Of a DNA stretch of 32,000 nt, positions 1 to 8,756 are shown piece after piece (position 1 is the stretch's first letter; each line of letters opens with the position of its first letter). Under the pieces are notes generated by a model. It did not search any database and was not told the origin of the DNA. It saw only the letters and a list, made by a program, of their open reading frames with translations. Source of the DNA: Synechocystis sp. PCC 6803 substr. PCC-P (GTDB taxonomy: Bacteria > Cyanobacteriota > Cyanobacteriia > Cyanobacteriales > Microcystaceae). The stretch spans positions 150,001 through 182,000 of the forward strand of contig NC_017039.1 of the NCBI RefSeq assembly GCF_000284455.1, in the 5' to 3' direction. Made by a program: the position numbers and the translations under genes.

Positions 1-455
1 TGTTTGACTTTGAGGTATAGGGAGCGTTTGGGGTTAACGCCTTCTTTAATTTCCGCCTTTACCGCCTGGACATCGGCAATTTTATTGATCAACTCAATGC
101 GGCGGTTTTTGCCGGGGAAGCCCCAACGGAAAATGGTCACTTGCCCGGACTTTTTATTGAATTCGTTGTAACCACTGCCGACGTTTAGAGCCATGGTTAG
201 CCAGAGATAGCCTGCCACTGTGCTGCCGGCCACACCGTAGAAAAGTAGCGCCACACCCTGGGGAATAAACTGCAGTCCGGTGGTGTCACTAACAATCAAA
301 AGATTTTTGCCAAAGTAGCTAGAAAGGCCGGCCAACAGGAAACCGACACCACCAATGGTAGAAATTCCAGCCCAGAAAAAGTTGCTGAAGCGGCGGGCTC
401 CCAATACTTCTTGGCGCAAAACTTGGGAAGATTCTGCGAGCGTCTGTCCACCCAT
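1..455 (-). CDS. ycf4: Photosystem I assembly protein Ycf4 (3' end truncated by window edge)
   Basis: ATG on the reverse strand at 455 (cat at 453-455). My own translation is MGGQTLAESSQVLRQEVLGARRFSNFFWAGISTIGGVGFLLAGLSSYFGKN...FIPQGVALLFYG...RWGFPGKNRRIELINK...LYLKVK, with no stop down to position 1. It shows Ycf4 hallmarks: RRFSN-x-x-W, two N-terminal TM helices and GFPG-x-NRR. It is missing from the ORF track because it runs off the edge. Confidence 0.9.
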   Translation of the reverse strand, partial: MGGQTLAESSQVLRQEVLGARRFSNFFWAGISTIGGVGFLLAGLSSYFGKNLLIVSDTTGLQFIPQGVALLFYGVAGSTVAGYLWLTMALNVGSGYNEFNKKSGQVTIFRWGFPGKNRRIELINKIADVQAVKAEIKEGVNPKRSLYLKVK

Positions 456-593
456 GTATTTCTCTAACAATAATTACAACGAAACTAACCATTGAATTTT
501 ACCCCATCAGGGCTAGGGGCTAGGATGATAGGGCGATCACCTTAGGGGAACTGGGGTCTAACCTCTACCAAATTTTGGGAGCTAGGGGACTTT

Positions 594-2132
594 TCAAACG
601 GTCCCAGAAGGAGGAATACGAAGGCAATAACTTTTTTCATCTCCCCAACGCCCCTGGGTTAACCAAGGGGGATAACCATCTGTCATTACTTGCACCGGCC
701 CTAACTGGGCCAATTGTCGAGCCCGACGATAATGAAAACTACGTTGGAGGCCGTTATCCAGTTGCTGGGCCAATGTTGATTCCTCTCCGGCGATCGCCAT
801 CATTGCCCCGGAGGATAGGTACAAAACGTAATGGGGCTGGGTTCCTGGGACTGGCACTAGGAAGCAAAGACCAATGTTACCAACTAAGCCAAGATTATTA
901 AGGGTTTCAGCCACAAATTCTTCGGTTAGTTTTTCTCCCACCAAGTCACTCACCCGATCGCCCCTACCCACCAAAGCCAGGCAAGGGGTTTTGGCATACC
1001 AATGGGATACCTGCAGGCGATCGCCAAGGCGATAACGGTATAGTCCCCCCAAAGTGGAAATAATTAATTGATAAGTTTGCCCTGTTTGCACTTTGCACAA
1101 GTCAACAATGGTGCCATCAGCGGTCATAAATTCCAACACAATTTGGTTCACTAAGGGCACAAATCCCCCAGCTTTAATTAGAGGAATGGTAATGGGAGCT
1201 TCCGTGGCCAATAAGCCTTTTCCTTGGATAAATACTCCGGGAAAATAAGTCTGTAAAGCCCTAGCTTGTTCCCCGGCAAATAGTTGATCCCAACAGGAAA
1301 TTAATTTTAATTTTGGCCAGATTTTTAGCCAATCAATCGGATCTATTTCTAATGCTTTTCGTCTTGTGTCATCCAGGCGATCACCAAGGGCCGTGATCAG
1401 GGCGTGACGGTGCTGGGCCATAAACGTTAATTGCACTGTCAAAAAAGTTGGACTCCAAAGGGAAATAATTTCTAAGTCTGGATTTTGCAATAAAGCTAAG
1501 GCCAAAGCCCAACGAAAAGCGTCTCCGTCAGGAAAATGATTACCTACCCGTACCAAAAAATGACCACTAAGCCAGCGCAGAGGCCCCGTCAAATAGTCCG
1601 TGTCATCAATGCCCCCAGGGCGATCGCCAAGGGTGGGAGAAACACAAGCATAGGTTTTACCTGTGCGAAAATCTGGGCCATGGTGGAGCAGGTCATAGGC
1701 CCAAACCGCAAACATGGAGGTAAATGCAGTCAGTAAACCATGGGTGTAGGGAATTTGTTTAATCGCGCCAGAACTGCCCGAAGTTTGTTGCCAATAATGA
1801 ATTTTTTCGTTGGTAATTATTGATTGTTTAGGTGAGGTTTGCTGTTGTTCTAACCAGGAAAAAAAATCATCATAGCTAACTACGGGAATAGCCGACCAAG
1901 GAGAGTCTTTAGTGATCCCCAAAGATTGGCCATAACGGGTGTGAGTTAGGCGCTGAATAATTTTGGTTTTTAACCGCTCTTGTTCAACGTCAGGCTGATG
2001 TAATGCGTTATTAAAACTATTAAAGGCTGGTTGCAATAGATACTTGCTAGCCCTTAAAAGGAAATTATGCATTAGGAACTGCTTAATTTGATCATTCCTT
2101 CCAATGAAGGGCTGGGGCAAATTAATCCCCAC
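594..2132 (-). CDS. GH3-family (ANL superfamily) acyl-acid amido synthetase-like protein, substrate unknown
   Basis: 512-aa ORF. It carries the adenylation motif TSGSSGAIKQIPYT and the GH3-type motif GGLYRYRLGDRLQV. The start is ambiguous: GTG at 2132 (gap of 21 nt after the upstream stop) or ATG at 2072 (MHNFLL...). Confidence 0.8.
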   Translation of the reverse strand: MGINLPQPFIGRNDQIKQFLMHNFLLRASKYLLQPAFNSFNNALHQPDVEQERLKTKIIQRLTHTRYGQSLGITKDSPWSAIPVVSYDDFFSWLEQQQTSPKQSIITNEKIHYWQQTSGSSGAIKQIPYTHGLLTAFTSMFAVWAYDLLHHGPDFRTGKTYACVSPTLGDRPGGIDDTDYLTGPLRWLSGHFLVRVGNHFPDGDAFRWALALALLQNPDLEIISLWSPTFLTVQLTFMAQHRHALITALGDRLDDTRRKALEIDPIDWLKIWPKLKLISCWDQLFAGEQARALQTYFPGVFIQGKGLLATEAPITIPLIKAGGFVPLVNQIVLEFMTADGTIVDLCKVQTGQTYQLIISTLGGLYRYRLGDRLQVSHWYAKTPCLALVGRGDRVSDLVGEKLTEEFVAETLNNLGLVGNIGLCFLVPVPGTQPHYVLYLSSGAMMAIAGEESTLAQQLDNGLQRSFHYRRARQLAQLGPVQVMTDGYPPWLTQGRWGDEKSYCLRIPPSGTV

Positions 2133-2153
2133 TTTAAGCTTTGCTAATAATTG

Positions 2154-3050
2154 CTAATAGCTAACAATGGGAATCCACTCAAAACTATCCACAATGCCTT
2201 GGTAATAATCGTTGATCGTTTCCCGGGGATAGGGCGCAACGCCAGTTTCTTCATCAAACCAACGCTCGTAAATTTCCACCGCTGCGGTCTGATCGCTGAT
2301 TACCCCTTCCATATATTTGACTAGACTGTAGTTGACCAAATTGCGCCAGTCAGAATCATCTTTGGGTAATAAACAGGCATAGGCTTCGTACTGATAGGGA
2401 AAATTAGGCACCACTTTCCACTGTTGGGGATTATCAGAGGTTTTTTTCAATCCTGCCAAAACAATGCCATCTCCAGCAAAAGCTTCGATTTCTCCAGCTT
2501 CAAGCTTGGCCATGCCATCGGCCTGGTCTTTAACTTCAACGATGGTTGCCCCCGGTTGAAAGTCGAGAATAGCTTTTGCATTGGTGGTGTCGGGAATAAC
2601 CCCGATCGCCCGTCCCGCTAGGGAATCGGCAGATTCTAGATCACTATCCACCCCGGTGATAATTTTGGTACCATCGGCAAAGTAACTGACTGAAAAATCC
2701 ACCACTGCCGTTCTATTCCAGGTGAAGGTGGAAGAAGCACATTCCAAGTCGATGGTCTGATTGGTAATCAAGTCAAAGCGATTATCGGCGGTGGCTTCCA
2801 CCATGTTTAACTTGATTGGTTTACCCAGTCTGGCTTCCGCTTCCTGGCGAATCAATTCCAGCAGATCAATGGAAAAACCCACCCATTCCCCTTGGTCGTC
2901 AACGTAGGCGAAGGGCACCGCATCCTTTCTAGTGCCGGCATTAATCACCCCCGTTTGTTCAATGCGGTCCAATACCTCCCCTGCCCAACTGGGTAAGCTC
3001 GCGGCTCCACTGAGTAATACAGACAAGGCTAAACAGGCAAATTTTTTCAT
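2154..3050 (-). CDS. Secreted family-3 solute-binding protein (polar amino-acid ABC-type substrate-binding protein)
   Basis: 298-aa ORF with an N-terminal signal peptide (MKKFACLALSVLLSGAASLPSWAGE). The body is typical of SBP_bac_3 proteins (GVINAGTRKDAVPFAY...GFSIDL...). There is no adjacent permease or ATPase gene. Confidence 0.85.
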   Translation of the reverse strand: MKKFACLALSVLLSGAASLPSWAGEVLDRIEQTGVINAGTRKDAVPFAYVDDQGEWVGFSIDLLELIRQEAEARLGKPIKLNMVEATADNRFDLITNQTIDLECASSTFTWNRTAVVDFSVSYFADGTKIITGVDSDLESADSLAGRAIGVIPDTTNAKAILDFQPGATIVEVKDQADGMAKLEAGEIEAFAGDGIVLAGLKKTSDNPQQWKVVPNFPYQYEAYACLLPKDDSDWRNLVNYSLVKYMEGVISDQTAAVEIYERWFDEETGVAPYPRETINDYYQGIVDSFEWIPIVSY

Positions 3051-3164
3051 TGGTCAACTCCTAGCACCAATTTCCCAAGACTACGGAGGGGGCAATGAAG
3101 TTTCAATTAATTGGGGTCACAAACCACAGCGGCCTATGGCTCTAATCAATGGCACACTAGAAAA

Positions 3165-3599
3165 AGAGAGTTAGGGAGGGAGTTGCGGATTCCTGTCACA
3201 GGGAATCTGAGGAAAGTCCGGGCTTCCCAAAGGCCAAACTTGCTGGGTAACGCCCAGTGCGCGCGAGCGTGAGGACAGTGCCACAGAAAAATACCGCCCT
3301 TTTTAGAAAACAGCAACCAGTAAACAGTTAACAGGGTTTTTCTGCTGACTAACTGGTAACTGACCACTGAAAAGGGTAAGGGTGCAAAGGTGCGGTAAGA
3401 GCGCACCAGCAGTATCGAGAGGTACTGGCTCGGTAAACCCCGGTTGGAAGCAAGGTCGGAGGGGCAAAGGTTGGTCTTTTTCCTGCCCCATGATTGGTGG
3501 AACCGCTTGAGGAATTTGGTAACAAATTTCCCAGATAGATAACTCCCCAAGGGTGCCTCGCATCCTGGAACAGAACCCGGCTTACGACTAACTCTCTTT
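3165..3599 (+). ncRNA. rnpB: RNase P RNA (type A)
   Basis: The universally conserved GAGGAAAGTCCGGGCT (P4 5' strand) is at about 3208-3223. ACAGAACCCGGCTTA (P4 3' strand) is near 3570-3585. A P1 helix forms between 5' AGAGAGTTAG (3165-) and 3' CTAACTCTCT (-3597), followed by a T7 run. Ends are good to about +/-5 nt. Confidence 0.93.
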
Positions 3600-3621
3600 T
3601 TTTGTCCATGGGTCCAGTGGC

Positions 3622-3996
3622 ATGCTGTCAAAAACTATTCATGAAGGGCCTGGTTGGCGCTGGGGCTTTGATCCCAATGCCGAGACTTTTCCTTTTTTGC
3701 TGGGGTCAGAGAATTGGGCTTTGGAGTTGACCCAAGATGAGTTTGCCGATTTCCATCGCTTGAGTAGGGAGTTGGCCCAGACCGTCACGGCGATCGCCGA
3801 CGAGTTAATGGAGGAGGAAAAAATTTGTTGCGAACTGAGTAGTGAATTGGTGTGGTTAGAAATTGAGGGCTATGCCCACGCCTATGAATTGAGGTTTATT
3901 TTGTGCCAGGGGCGTAAAGCAGAGGGCGGCTGGCCAGCGGCGATCGTACCGGCATTGTTAAACAGTTTGCAGTCCTTTGACCCAGGGGAAACCTAA
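3622..3996 (+). CDS. Conserved hypothetical protein (small acidic cytosolic protein; possibly the cyanobacterial DUF1818 family, unverified)
   Basis: 124-aa ORF with an ATG start and codon usage like its neighbours. I recognised no catalytic motif. The family assignment is from memory only. Confidence 0.6.
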   Translation: MLSKTIHEGPGWRWGFDPNAETFPFLLGSENWALELTQDEFADFHRLSRELAQTVTAIADELMEEEKICCELSSELVWLEIEGYAHAYELRFILCQGRKAEGGWPAAIVPALLNSLQSFDPGET

Positions 3997-4142
3997 ACCC
4001 ACGGTGAACGTCCAAAACCCAGGGGTGGAGGATGGATTTCTGACCTTAGCGACCCAAACAGATTGCCCCAATTCGCTACACTAGCTTTATTGGGTTGACA
4101 ATCTTCCCCTGCTTTCTTCCCTAAGCTTGCCTGTTAGCGATT

Positions 4143-4679
4143 ATGGTTCGTTTGCTCATGGTATTCCCTCAACGTTTTTCCCCCTCCCATTTGCTATCTC
4201 GTCACTGGGGTTGGTTGGCGGTCGCCATGGCCTCCCTAGGGAGCTTGTCTTCCCTGCCCGTCAACGTCAATTCCTCGGTGGTGGCCCAAACGGCCCCTTC
4301 TAGTCCCATGACTGTCCGCTCTGATATCCAAGAAGCTAATTCCCAAACCGGGGTGGTGACCGCTAGGGGGAATGTTCAAGTTTACTATCCTGCGCGGAAT
4401 TTGCAAGCAACGGCGGCCCAGGCCCAATATTTTTCCCAGGAGAGACGTTTAGTCCTTAGTGGCAACGTCTATGTGCTCCAGGACGGCAACAGTATGCGGG
4501 CGGAAACCATGACCTATTTAGTGGACGAAGGGCGTTTTGTCGCTAACCCCCAAGCAAATCAACAGGTGGAATCCATTTATCTAGTGGAAGAGTCCCAAAG
4601 TCCAGCCGGCCCCGCCCCCACTGGTCCCAATCCTCTCCCCGGTGATACCCTGCCAGATTTGCCGCCCCTGGGTTCTTAG
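4143..4679 (+). CDS. LptA/OstA-like domain protein (periplasmic LPS-transport component candidate)
   Basis: 178 aa with an N-terminal hydrophobic segment (WGWLAVAMASLGSLSSLP). It has an OstA-type beta-jellyroll signature (ARGNVQVYYPARNLQATAAQAQYFSQERRLVLSGNVYVLQDGNSMRAETMTY) and a Pro-rich C-terminal tail. It lies directly upstream of lptB. Confidence 0.65.
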   Translation: MVRLLMVFPQRFSPSHLLSRHWGWLAVAMASLGSLSSLPVNVNSSVVAQTAPSSPMTVRSDIQEANSQTGVVTARGNVQVYYPARNLQATAAQAQYFSQERRLVLSGNVYVLQDGNSMRAETMTYLVDEGRFVANPQANQQVESIYLVEESQSPAGPAPTGPNPLPGDTLPDLPPLGS

Positions 4680-4702
4680 CTGTGGGATACTAACGGCATT
4701 CG

Positions 4703-5461
4703 GTGACAGGCTTTTTAGCGAGAACGGAGATCGTGACCTTAGTTTTAGAAAATATCCATAAACTCTACGGCAAGCGTTGTGTGGTCAATCGGGTCAACGC
4801 CCAGGTCGCTCCCGGGGAAATTGTCGGCTTACTCGGGCCCAACGGAGCGGGAAAAACCACCACTTTTTACATTGCCACGGGATTAGTAAAGCCGAATACA
4901 GGGCGGGTGTGGCTCCACCAGCGGGACATAACTAATTTACCCCTGAACCAACGGGCCCATCTTGGTTTAGGTTACCTAACTCAACAGGCCAGCGTCTTTC
5001 GGCAGTTGAGTGTGCGGGACAACATTCTCTTAGCTTTGGAGCAAACAGGGGTTTCGCCTCCCCTACGGAAACATCGCCTTGAGCAGCTATTGGCCGAGTT
5101 TCGCTTAGAAAAAGTGGCCCATACCCAAGGTTCGCAAATTTCTGGGGGAGAACGGCGGCGCACTGAGTTAGCCCGGGCCCTGGCGATCGGGGTGGAAGGA
5201 CCACAATTTTTGCTTTTAGATGAACCCTTTGCGGGGGTTGACCCCATTGCCGTGGCGGAAATTCAAACTATCATTGCCCAGTTGCGGGAACGAAATATGG
5301 GCATTTTAATCACCGACCATAATGTGCGGGAAACCCTAGCCATTACCAACCGGGGTTACATTATGCGGGACGGGCAAATTTTGGCTTCCGGTAGTGCCGG
5401 GGAGTTATCGGAAAATCCTTTGGTGCGGCAATATTACTTGGGTGAAAAATTCCAGTTGTAA
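4703..5461 (+). CDS. lptB: LPS export ABC transporter ATP-binding protein LptB
   Basis: Walker A GPNGAGKTTTF, signature ISGGERRR and Walker B FLLLDEPFAGVDP are present, with close colinearity to E. coli LptB as I recall it. The track start is GTG 4703. An in-frame GTG at 4733 (TLVLENIHKLYG) aligns better with the LptB N-terminus. Confidence 0.85.
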   Translation: MTGFLARTEIVTLVLENIHKLYGKRCVVNRVNAQVAPGEIVGLLGPNGAGKTTTFYIATGLVKPNTGRVWLHQRDITNLPLNQRAHLGLGYLTQQASVFRQLSVRDNILLALEQTGVSPPLRKHRLEQLLAEFRLEKVAHTQGSQISGGERRRTELARALAIGVEGPQFLLLDEPFAGVDPIAVAEIQTIIAQLRERNMGILITDHNVRETLAITNRGYIMRDGQILASGSAGELSENPLVRQYYLGEKFQL

Positions 5462-5472
5462 GCACTTAAATC

Positions 5473-6258
5473 ATGGTGGATAGCCTGGCAACCGTTTGGT
5501 TAATTGGTGGAACGGTGGATAGTCGTGCCGTAGCCGAAGGGTTAATTGCCCAGGGAATAAATTGTCTGGTGACAGTCACCACATCGGAGGCCAAGCATTT
5601 ATATCCGATTCATCAATGTTTGACGGTTCACGTTGGAGCTTTAACCCCACAGGAAATACCGAAATTTCTAAAACGCCATAGCATTGCAGTCATTGTCGAT
5701 GCGTCCCATCCCTTTGCCGCCCAAATTACTACCACGGTCACGGCGATCGCCAAAGAACAACAAATTCCCTATATCCGATTTGAGCGGCCGCCCCTGGCTT
5801 TGGGAAAAAATACCTTAGAAGTACCTGATATTCAGAGTTTAACCAGAGGGAAATATCAGCCTTACTTGAGGGGAAAACGGGTGCTGTTGACCGTTGGAGC
5901 CCGCTGGTTAAGCCATTTCAGCCTCCTACAGGATGAAGCAGTTCTATTTGCCCGTATTCTGCCCTATCCCCAAGCCCTAGCCCAGGCGATCGCCGCTGGG
6001 TTTACTTCCGACCGTATCATTGCTTTGCGCCCCCCCGTAGCCGAACCATTGGAAAAAGCCCTGTGGCAACAATGGCAAATTCAAGGGGTGGTAACTAAAG
6101 CCTCCGGTGCCCAGGGGGGAGAATTGGTTAAGCAAAAAGTGGCGGAAGCGTTGGGGGTAAATCTGATCAGAATTGCCCGTCCCCAGACTATTCCAGGGCA
6201 AATAACTGACGATTTAAGCCAGATCAACCAATTTTGCCAAAGACATTTGCCAAGCTAA
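5473..6258 (+). CDS. cobK: Precorrin-6A/cobalt-precorrin-6A reductase
   Basis: 261 aa. The N-terminal VWLIGGTVDSR, the mid-protein DASHPFA and the overall length are typical of CobK/CbiJ. It starts 11 nt after the lptB stop. Confidence 0.8.
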   Translation: MVDSLATVWLIGGTVDSRAVAEGLIAQGINCLVTVTTSEAKHLYPIHQCLTVHVGALTPQEIPKFLKRHSIAVIVDASHPFAAQITTTVTAIAKEQQIPYIRFERPPLALGKNTLEVPDIQSLTRGKYQPYLRGKRVLLTVGARWLSHFSLLQDEAVLFARILPYPQALAQAIAAGFTSDRIIALRPPVAEPLEKALWQQWQIQGVVTKASGAQGGELVKQKVAEALGVNLIRIARPQTIPGQITDDLSQINQFCQRHLPS

Positions 6259-6390
6259 AAACGAAAATTTGTTAAGTATTGCAACGGTGGTTTCCCAGGG
6301 GCAGAGCGTCCCCGTAAGATGAGATTTTTAAAGACCCCCATTAGCGTGGGGCTATCCCTTTAAAAACCGTCTTTATTCTGGAGAATCTCA

Positions 6391-6651
6391 ATGCATAGCT
6401 TTTTGTTGGCCACCGCCGTTCCCGCCACCCTGTCCTGGAGCCCTAAAGTTGCTGGGGTGATGATTGCTTGCAACATTTTGGCGATCGCCTTTGGTAAATT
6501 GACCATCAAACAACAAAATGTGGGCACCCCCATGCCTTCCTCTAACTTCTTTGGCGGCTTTGGTTTAGGGGCTGTGCTGGGCACCGCTAGCTTTGGCCAC
6601 ATCCTCGGCGCTGGAGTAATTCTGGGGCTAGCCAATATGGGAGTACTTTAA
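6391..6651 (+). CDS. psaK: Photosystem I reaction centre subunit PsaK
   Basis: 86 aa: MHSFLLATAVPATLSWSPKVAGVMIACNILAIAFGK...GLGAVLGTASFGHILGAGVILGLANMGVL. This is the two-TM PsaK pattern with a conserved C-terminal Gly-rich helix. Confidence 0.93.
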   Translation: MHSFLLATAVPATLSWSPKVAGVMIACNILAIAFGKLTIKQQNVGTPMPSSNFFGGFGLGAVLGTASFGHILGAGVILGLANMGVL

Positions 6652-6700
6652 GGCTCGATTCTGAATGGACTAGCTTTTATCCTTTGGGAAAATATCAAAG

Positions 6701-6739
6701 GCGATCGGGCAATTGAAAGAAAAGCCTGGTCGCTTTTTT
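6701..6739 (+). terminator. Intrinsic terminator after psaK (possibly bidirectional)
   Basis: GCGATCGGGC (6701-6710) pairs with GCCTGGTCGC (6724-6733), giving a 10-bp stem that includes two G-U pairs and a 13-nt loop. T6 follows at 6734-6739. It sits between convergent genes. Confidence 0.55.
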
Positions 6740-6740
6740 G

Positions 6741-7013
6741 TTAGGGATTAGGGAAAATGCCAAAACGCACCAAGGTGGTAATTATGGCTCCGATGACGGC
6801 AAGAATCAACGCCCAAATTTGAGCATTAGCCCGCCCTTTGACATCTTTAACATCATCCTTGACTGTACCTATCTCCATCCTGACCGCAGATAACTCGGTT
6901 TTCACCGTTGCCATATCGATCTTAAGAGAAGTTACATCTTTTTGGAGGTCATCGAGTTTGGTCTTAATTTCCCCCAAGATCTCCTTTAAATCGGTTTCTA
7001 TAGTTACACTCAT
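6741..7013 (-). CDS. Small tail-anchored coiled-coil protein, unknown function
   Basis: The ORF is open from 7034. The more likely start is ATG 7013 (MSVTIETDLKEIL...), giving 90 aa. Consecutive heptads ATVKTEL/SAVRMEI/GTVKDDV are followed by a single C-terminal TM (IWALILAVIGAIITTLV). It starts 36 nt downstream of the ndhB stop on the same strand. Confidence 0.55.
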   Translation of the reverse strand: MSVTIETDLKEILGEIKTKLDDLQKDVTSLKIDMATVKTELSAVRMEIGTVKDDVKDVKGRANAQIWALILAVIGAIITTLVRFGIFPNP

Positions 7014-7049
7014 TGGCTTTTGCCTGCAAAGCAATATTTCCTGATACCC

Positions 7050-8615
7050 CTAGGGTAAATCATGGGAAATGGCGATCGCCGGAGTTTCTCCTGTTTGCTG
7101 GAGGGCTGTCTGCAACATCTTGGTGCTGACCACGGAATCGGTGGCGAGGTTAAAGAGGGGATTAGCCAGAATACCTGCCAGCGAGGTAGCAACCAAAGTA
7201 GCGACAATGCCCACCTGTAGGGGACGCATGCCGGGTAAATTCCATTTGATGGCCGGGTAATTTTTGATTACTTCGGACATTTCCTGGGGCTCCTTCACCA
7301 CCATCATTTTCACCACCCGGATGTAGTAGTAGATGGAAACTACACTGGTAACCAGACCAAGTAGGACTAGGCCATACAATCCCGATTGCCAACCGGCCCA
7401 GAAGATGTAAATTTTGCCGAAAAAGCCCGCCAGAGGAGGAATGCCCCCCAAGGATAATAAACAAATGCTCAAGCCCAAGGTTAACAAGGGGTCTTTGTGG
7501 TACAGACCAGCGTAATCACTAATTTGGTCACTGCCAGTGCGGAGGGTGAAGAGAATAATGCAACTAAACGCCCCCAGGTTCATAAACAGATAGATGAGCA
7601 TGTAGAAAACCATGCTGGCGTAACCATCTTCACTGCCGGCCACTAGGCCAATCATCACAAAGCCTGCTTGACCGATGGAAGAGTAGGCCAACATCCGTTT
7701 CATGCTGGTTTGGGCTAAAGCCACCACGTTGCCCAGCACCATGCTCAACACGGCCAGAGCGGTGAAAATAACGTGCCACTCATCGGTAATACCACCAAAG
7801 GCAGTCACTAGTAATCGGATAGCTACGGCAAAACCGGCCGCCTTAGAGCCCACCGAAAGAAAAGCCACCACCGGGGTGGGAGAACCTTCATAAACGTCGG
7901 GGGTCCATTGGTGGAAGGGTACAGCGGAAATTTTAAAGGCAATACCAGCAATGACAAACACCAAGGCGATCGCCAAACCGAGGGATTGACCCACAGTGTC
8001 AGCGTTAACTAATTTCTCGGCAATTAATACCAACTGGGTTTCGCCACCGGACAAACCATAGAGGAGGGAAAGACCGTAAAGGAAAATGGCGGAGCTAGAA
8101 GCACCAATGAGCAAATATTTCAACGCCGCTTCATTGGAACGGGGGTCCCGCTTCATGTAGCCCGTCATGAGGTAGGAGGAAATACTGAGCATTTCCAGGG
8201 AGATGAAAACCATCACCAACTCGTTGGCCGCTGAGAGGAACATGCCCCCCAAGGTAGCCGTGAGCAAAATGGCAATGAATTCCGCCAAGGAAGTCCCCGT
8301 TTGTTGCACATAACGCACCGACATTAAAATGGTGACAACGGTGGACAGGGCAATGATAGCCCGGAAAATAATGCTGAGATTATCTCCATTGAAAGCGCCG
8401 ATGAAACCGATGGGATCCGCCATGGACCAGGAAGTAACTAGCAAACCCACCGATACCAATAAACCGGCGATCGCCAGGTAGGGCAGGGCCAAGGCTACCT
8501 TGCGTCCCCCAATCAAATCAACAATTAGCACAAGGAGGAGAGTGACAATAACAATGCCCTCTGGCAAAATTGTCCCCGCATTGAGTTGCGCTGCAACGTT
8601 ACTAGAAAAGTCCAT
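7050..8615 (-). CDS. ndhB: NAD(P)H-quinone oxidoreductase (NDH-1) subunit 2, NdhB
   Basis: This is a polytopic antiporter-like subunit (ND2/NuoN family). The track ORF extends to 8726. I place the start at ATG 8615 ([20 protein letters not shown]...), giving 521 aa; the upstream extension is non-hydrophobic and looks like 5' leader. Confidence 0.93.
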   Translation of the reverse strand: MDFSSNVAAQLNAGTILPEGIVIVTLLLVLIVDLIGGRKVALALPYLAIAGLLVSVGLLVTSWSMADPIGFIGAFNGDNLSIIFRAIIALSTVVTILMSVRYVQQTGTSLAEFIAILLTATLGGMFLSAANELVMVFISLEMLSISSYLMTGYMKRDPRSNEAALKYLLIGASSSAIFLYGLSLLYGLSGGETQLVLIAEKLVNADTVGQSLGLAIALVFVIAGIAFKISAVPFHQWTPDVYEGSPTPVVAFLSVGSKAAGFAVAIRLLVTAFGGITDEWHVIFTALAVLSMVLGNVVALAQTSMKRMLAYSSIGQAGFVMIGLVAGSEDGYASMVFYMLIYLFMNLGAFSCIILFTLRTGSDQISDYAGLYHKDPLLTLGLSICLLSLGGIPPLAGFFGKIYIFWAGWQSGLYGLVLLGLVTSVVSIYYYIRVVKMMVVKEPQEMSEVIKNYPAIKWNLPGMRPLQVGIVATLVATSLAGILANPLFNLATDSVVSTKMLQTALQQTGETPAIAISHDLP

Positions 8616-8756
8616 AGGTACAACCGAGAAATGCTCACGAATAAGCTTAGCGCAGGTTTGCCGCAAAGGAGAATTAGAATGGGTGATGGAATTTATTAGT
8701 ATTTTCCTGGTTTTGGGCCATGGCAAAGGGCCCCAGTAATGGCATGATTGCCCCCT

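Noticed and set aside
575-901. 108-aa plus-strand ORF, and similar 60-130-aa ORFs overlapping larger genes (for example 9499-9873, 14220-14606, 16178-16537, 25192-25458, 28171-28392, 29398-29709, 31071-31307)
   Set aside because: Each is nested in or antisense to a confidently assigned longer gene, or is out of frame with the DUF4350-like ORF. None carries recognisable motifs.
3051-3164. Explicit -10/-35 promoter call for rnpB and the divergent binding-protein gene
   Set aside because: Several weak TAnnnT-like hexamers are present, and I cannot discriminate between them without TSS data. I prefer not to report a specific promoter.
3146-3631. Three overlapping minus-strand ORFs (161, 86 and 86 aa) from the track
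   Set aside because: They lie entirely antisense to RNase P RNA, whose conserved P4 and P1 elements are unambiguous on the plus strand. The translations are low-complexity with no motifs. They are chance open frames in a structured-RNA gene.
6360-6635. 91-aa minus-strand ORF
   Set aside because: It is fully antisense to psaK, whose identity is certain. It is a mirror-frame artefact.
8616-8726. N-terminal extensions of track ORFs: ndhB to 8726, flv2 to 15950, the sll0218-type gene to 16509, larC from 20482, the RDD gene from 10171, atp1 to 28098
   Set aside because: The extensions start at non-ATG codons or overlap the preceding gene. They lack the hydrophobic or domain character of the mature proteins. 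Internal ATGs reproduce the family-typical N-termini and remove the overlaps.
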